This document shows positions 61,541 through 64,000 of a stretch of DNA of 64,000 nt, piece by piece; positions within the stretch are counted from its first letter, which is position 1; every line of letters starts with the position of its first letter. The stretch is from NCBI GenBank assembly GCA_036566445.1, contig DATCWH010000004.1, positions 8,049 through 72,048 of the forward strand. Direction: 5' to 3'. The notes under the pieces are model-generated. The model saw only the letters and a list, made by a program, of their open reading frames with translations. It did not search any database and had not been told where the DNA came from. The position numbers and the translations under genes are program-made. This DNA comes from Nitrososphaeraceae archaeon (lineage in GTDB: Archaea; Thermoproteota; Nitrososphaeria; Nitrososphaerales; Nitrososphaeraceae).

Positions 61541-62146
61541 ATGTTGTGTTCCCAGAGTAGTATCGTTTCAACAATATCCACTTTTGATAGAGTGGTAGTA
61601 GAATTAGGAATGGGTGATGGCCAATTATTACACAAGATTATTGAATCCGGAAATAGTCCAAACACATGCTATGTGGGTATTGAGATTGAATCTAAGCAAA
61701 TTCAAAAGGCTCGTAATAAATTGGGAAGGAAAAACATTTACTTAATTAATGATTCTTTTGAAAAAGTACTTTCATATTTTCCAGATAATTGCGTAGACGA
61801 GTTTATTTTTGTGCTCCCACCCCCAAACTACATAGACAAGAGTATGGAGAGTCAATGGGTCTTATTGTATCAAAATATTTACAAGATATTGAAAGAAAAA
61901 GGAACTCTTACTATTGTTACAGAAATAATTGATGATTTGCTAGAACCTGTATCCGACAATCAGTTAAGATTATGGAAGGATTGGTTATGTTCCAAGTTCG
62001 TTACTATTGGTTTTAGAGTAAAAGAGATTTTTGACGATATTCCACGTTATTATAGCTCTCACTTTCTAGATCAATTTAAGGGAGATCAATTAAGAATAAA
62101 GTTAATTACCTTAATTTTAGCGAAATCTGATTCTAAATCAAAATGA
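61541..62146 (+). CDS. Class I SAM-dependent methyltransferase (TrmB-like)
   Basis: VELGMGDG, YVGIEI and ILK.KG.L.IVTE. Confidence 0.75.
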   Translation: MLCSQSSIVSTISTFDRVVVELGMGDGQLLHKIIESGNSPNTCYVGIEIESKQIQKARNKLGRKNIYLINDSFEKVLSYFPDNCVDEFIFVLPPPNYIDKSMESQWVLLYQNIYKILKEKGTLTIVTEIIDDLLEPVSDNQLRLWKDWLCSKFVTIGFRVKEIFDDIPRYYSSHFLDQFKGDQLRIKLITLILAKSDSKSK

Positions 62147-62161
62147 CCTAACTATAGTTCT

Positions 62162-62569
62162 TTAAGTCTTACTTCTATGTAGTAACAGGAGGTGATCGTT
62201 CATACATTCTCTTGAACAAAATATTGAGTGGCAATAGGCATGATAGCACGGAATCAGGTCCTCATGATTAAACTTCTTATTACAATAAGTGCAAAGAGAT
62301 TCTAGTTTTGTAATTTTATAGTTGGAAAAAGTACTCCCACAATTTCGTTTCTCTTTAAACCATCTTACATCTACATTTTGTTTTTCGGCATAAGTCATAA
62401 CTATATCATAAGCTTCATAGAAACCTTGAGCAAAAAATTCTCGATAAGATATTTTAATATTATTTTTTCTGGAATCCGAGAAAGAGACAATCCATTTTTC
62501 GTAAGGAAGGATATTCTTTTCATCTACAGCAGAAACAATTTCCCTTTCCCTTTGTTCATTATCATTCAA
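62162..62569 (-). CDS. Hypothetical protein with a C-terminal Cys/His zinc finger
   Basis: CTYC...C....C...FCSREC..DH. Confidence 0.65.
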   Translation of the reverse strand: MNDNEQREREIVSAVDEKNILPYEKWIVSFSDSRKNNIKISYREFFAQGFYEAYDIVMTYAEKQNVDVRWFKEKRNCGSTFSNYKITKLESLCTYCNKKFNHEDLIPCYHAYCHSIFCSRECMNDHLLLLHRSKT

Positions 62570-62870
62570 TTAATTGAACAATGTTAGTACTTTCAAATAT
62601 ATTTTTATTCGCTAATCAAATTATTTCAGTTTAGTAGGAATATATGGATTAAAATTGATAGTATTATGTGGACCATTGCGAGGTTTATAAGAACCCCGAA
62701 TTAATAATTTCTAATTGGAAAAGACCTGTGCATATTGTGGTAAATTTTTTCATGGAGAAAGTTGGCCCCATGTAGAGGGAAACTCAAACTTGAGTGATAT
62801 GAAAATAGAAAATTTTTGTTGTGAAGAGCACAGAAATTTATTTCTGGAATCTACGTAAGTAGTTATCATT

Positions 62871-63188
62871 TTAATTTCCAAACATCTGACCAAGATTGTT
62901 TCGCATACTGCCCAGTAATCCTTTTCTACTTTCTTTCTTTTTAACGTGTTCAAAACACTTGTCACATAAAGATCTAAGATTAGAAGGTCTATTGTCTTTC
63001 AATGAACCGTTAATGTGCTCAAAAAAGGGACCATTACTTCCTTTAAATTTAACAGAACATTTTTGACATCTATGATGTGACCGCTCTAGCACGGTTTGTC
63101 GTATGCTTAGAGTTAAGCTTTCATATTTCTTCTTGTCAATGTTTCCACTACTTCCACCGCCAAAAAAAGACAATGTTCTGTCTACCAT
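62871..63188 (-). CDS. HNH-like zinc-binding protein
   Basis: RCQKC...EHING...DNRPSNL..LCDKC. Confidence 0.75.
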   Translation of the reverse strand: MVDRTLSFFGGGSSGNIDKKKYESLTLSIRQTVLERSHHRCQKCSVKFKGSNGPFFEHINGSLKDNRPSNLRSLCDKCFEHVKKKESRKGLLGSMRNNLGQMFGN

Positions 63189-63433
63189 AAAGCTAAAAAT
63201 AACTTTTGCTATCCAATTTCTTATTATCTATTTAAAGAAGAGTGAAGGAGATGTGTCGAAATATCGACTTTAAATCTGCATAATCAACTTGGCACTTTTG
63301 AAGGCTGGGATGATTACGAAATTCCAATTTTCAAATTTTTCTACTAGACAAGTTGAACTACGCTGTTTTAAATATTTAAATAAATACTTGCGCTTCAATT
63401 ACTCGACTACCAGTAGTAAGAATATCAACCCTT

Positions 63434-63718
63434 TTAGTAGGGCGTGACTAACTCAAACGGAACATCAAATTTCTCTAGCTTACATACAGATCCGGGCATA
63501 CATACCACACCATAAACAAGGACATTAGCGCATTCCAGTTTATTTTGTGAATTATTTTCGCACTCGTTTATTTGCTGCCTTTCAGTATTTACTTGTGCTT
63601 TATTGTTTTCCTGTGCACTAACTTGTTGTATTCCATTGAATATGGCAGTAGACACCAATGTGATTACGAGTGCCGATATTAAAATAATTGTCATACTAAA
63701 GTTTTTCATTAACTTCAT
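63434..63718 (-). CDS. Small secreted Cys-containing protein
   Basis: Signal peptide ending VSA/QE; 4 Cys; C-terminal PFELVTPY. Confidence 0.55.
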   Translation of the reverse strand: MKLMKNFSMTIILISALVITLVSTAIFNGIQQVSAQENNKAQVNTERQQINECENNSQNKLECANVLVYGVVCMPGSVCKLEKFDVPFELVTPY

Positions 63719-63880
63719 TTTTTATACATGATATATTAGAACTGCGTTACAACAATTAGTAAAAAAAGTTGAGTATCTTGTTGCTAAAATTGTATGTGTG
63801 AATTTCTTCTATAACAAAAATTTAAAAAAGGTTAGAAAAAAAGATTCAAAGACAAGATAATCGATTAGAAGTACTAAGCG

Positions 63881-63988
63881 TGGACCGAGTGGGATTTGAA
63901 CCCACGACCACCTACGTTTCCTCTGTAAATGTTGCACAATTTCTTTTACATGCAAGGCAGGTATTCTACCAGGCTAAACTATCGGCCC
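63881..63988 (-). tRNA. tRNA-Ala(UGC) with 34-nt intron
   Basis: GGGCCGA...TCGGTCCA acceptor stem with G3:U70, anticodon TGC at 63954-63952, T-arm GTGGGTTCAAATCCCAC. Intron at about 63951-63918; no encoded CCA. Confidence 0.93.
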
Positions 63989-64000
63989 ATAAAAGAAATA

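Noticed and set aside
58602-63988. Integrated element at tRNA-Ala
   Set aside because: No integrase and no duplicate of the tRNA 3' end seen, and housekeeping mtnA lies inside the interval.

Overview
A 64-kb, AT-rich stretch of core chromosome from an ammonia-oxidizing archaeon, most likely Nitrososphaerales (soil group I.1b). The assignment rests on archaeal r-proteins (L44e, S27e, L37ae), the exosome superoperon, AglB, deoxyhypusine synthase, CofE, a Rieske/cytochrome b/cupredoxin complex III, Amt and a two-domain multicopper oxidase. The window also holds the end of an ETF/fixABCX locus, a late cobalamin operon, a sulfur/thiamine cluster, two convergent XPB-like helicases, several secreted proteins and an intron-containing tRNA-Ala(UGC). 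I found no CRISPR array, rRNA, transposase or integrase. The observations most worth following up are: (1) AglB fused to a C-terminal cyclophilin; (2) an 18-aa Lys-rich micro-ORF, missing from the ORF track, that has its own TATA box and terminator just upstream of aglB; (3) a 43-aa membrane micro-ORF, also missing from the track, upstream of the complex III genes; (4) a DUF59-PqqD/RRE fusion next to MtnA and a methyltransferase; (5) a bioD with no canonical start codon; (6) a CbiP lacking its glutaminase domain; and (7) a frameshifted peptidase-like pseudogene. All family calls come from recognising motifs by eye; no searches were run.
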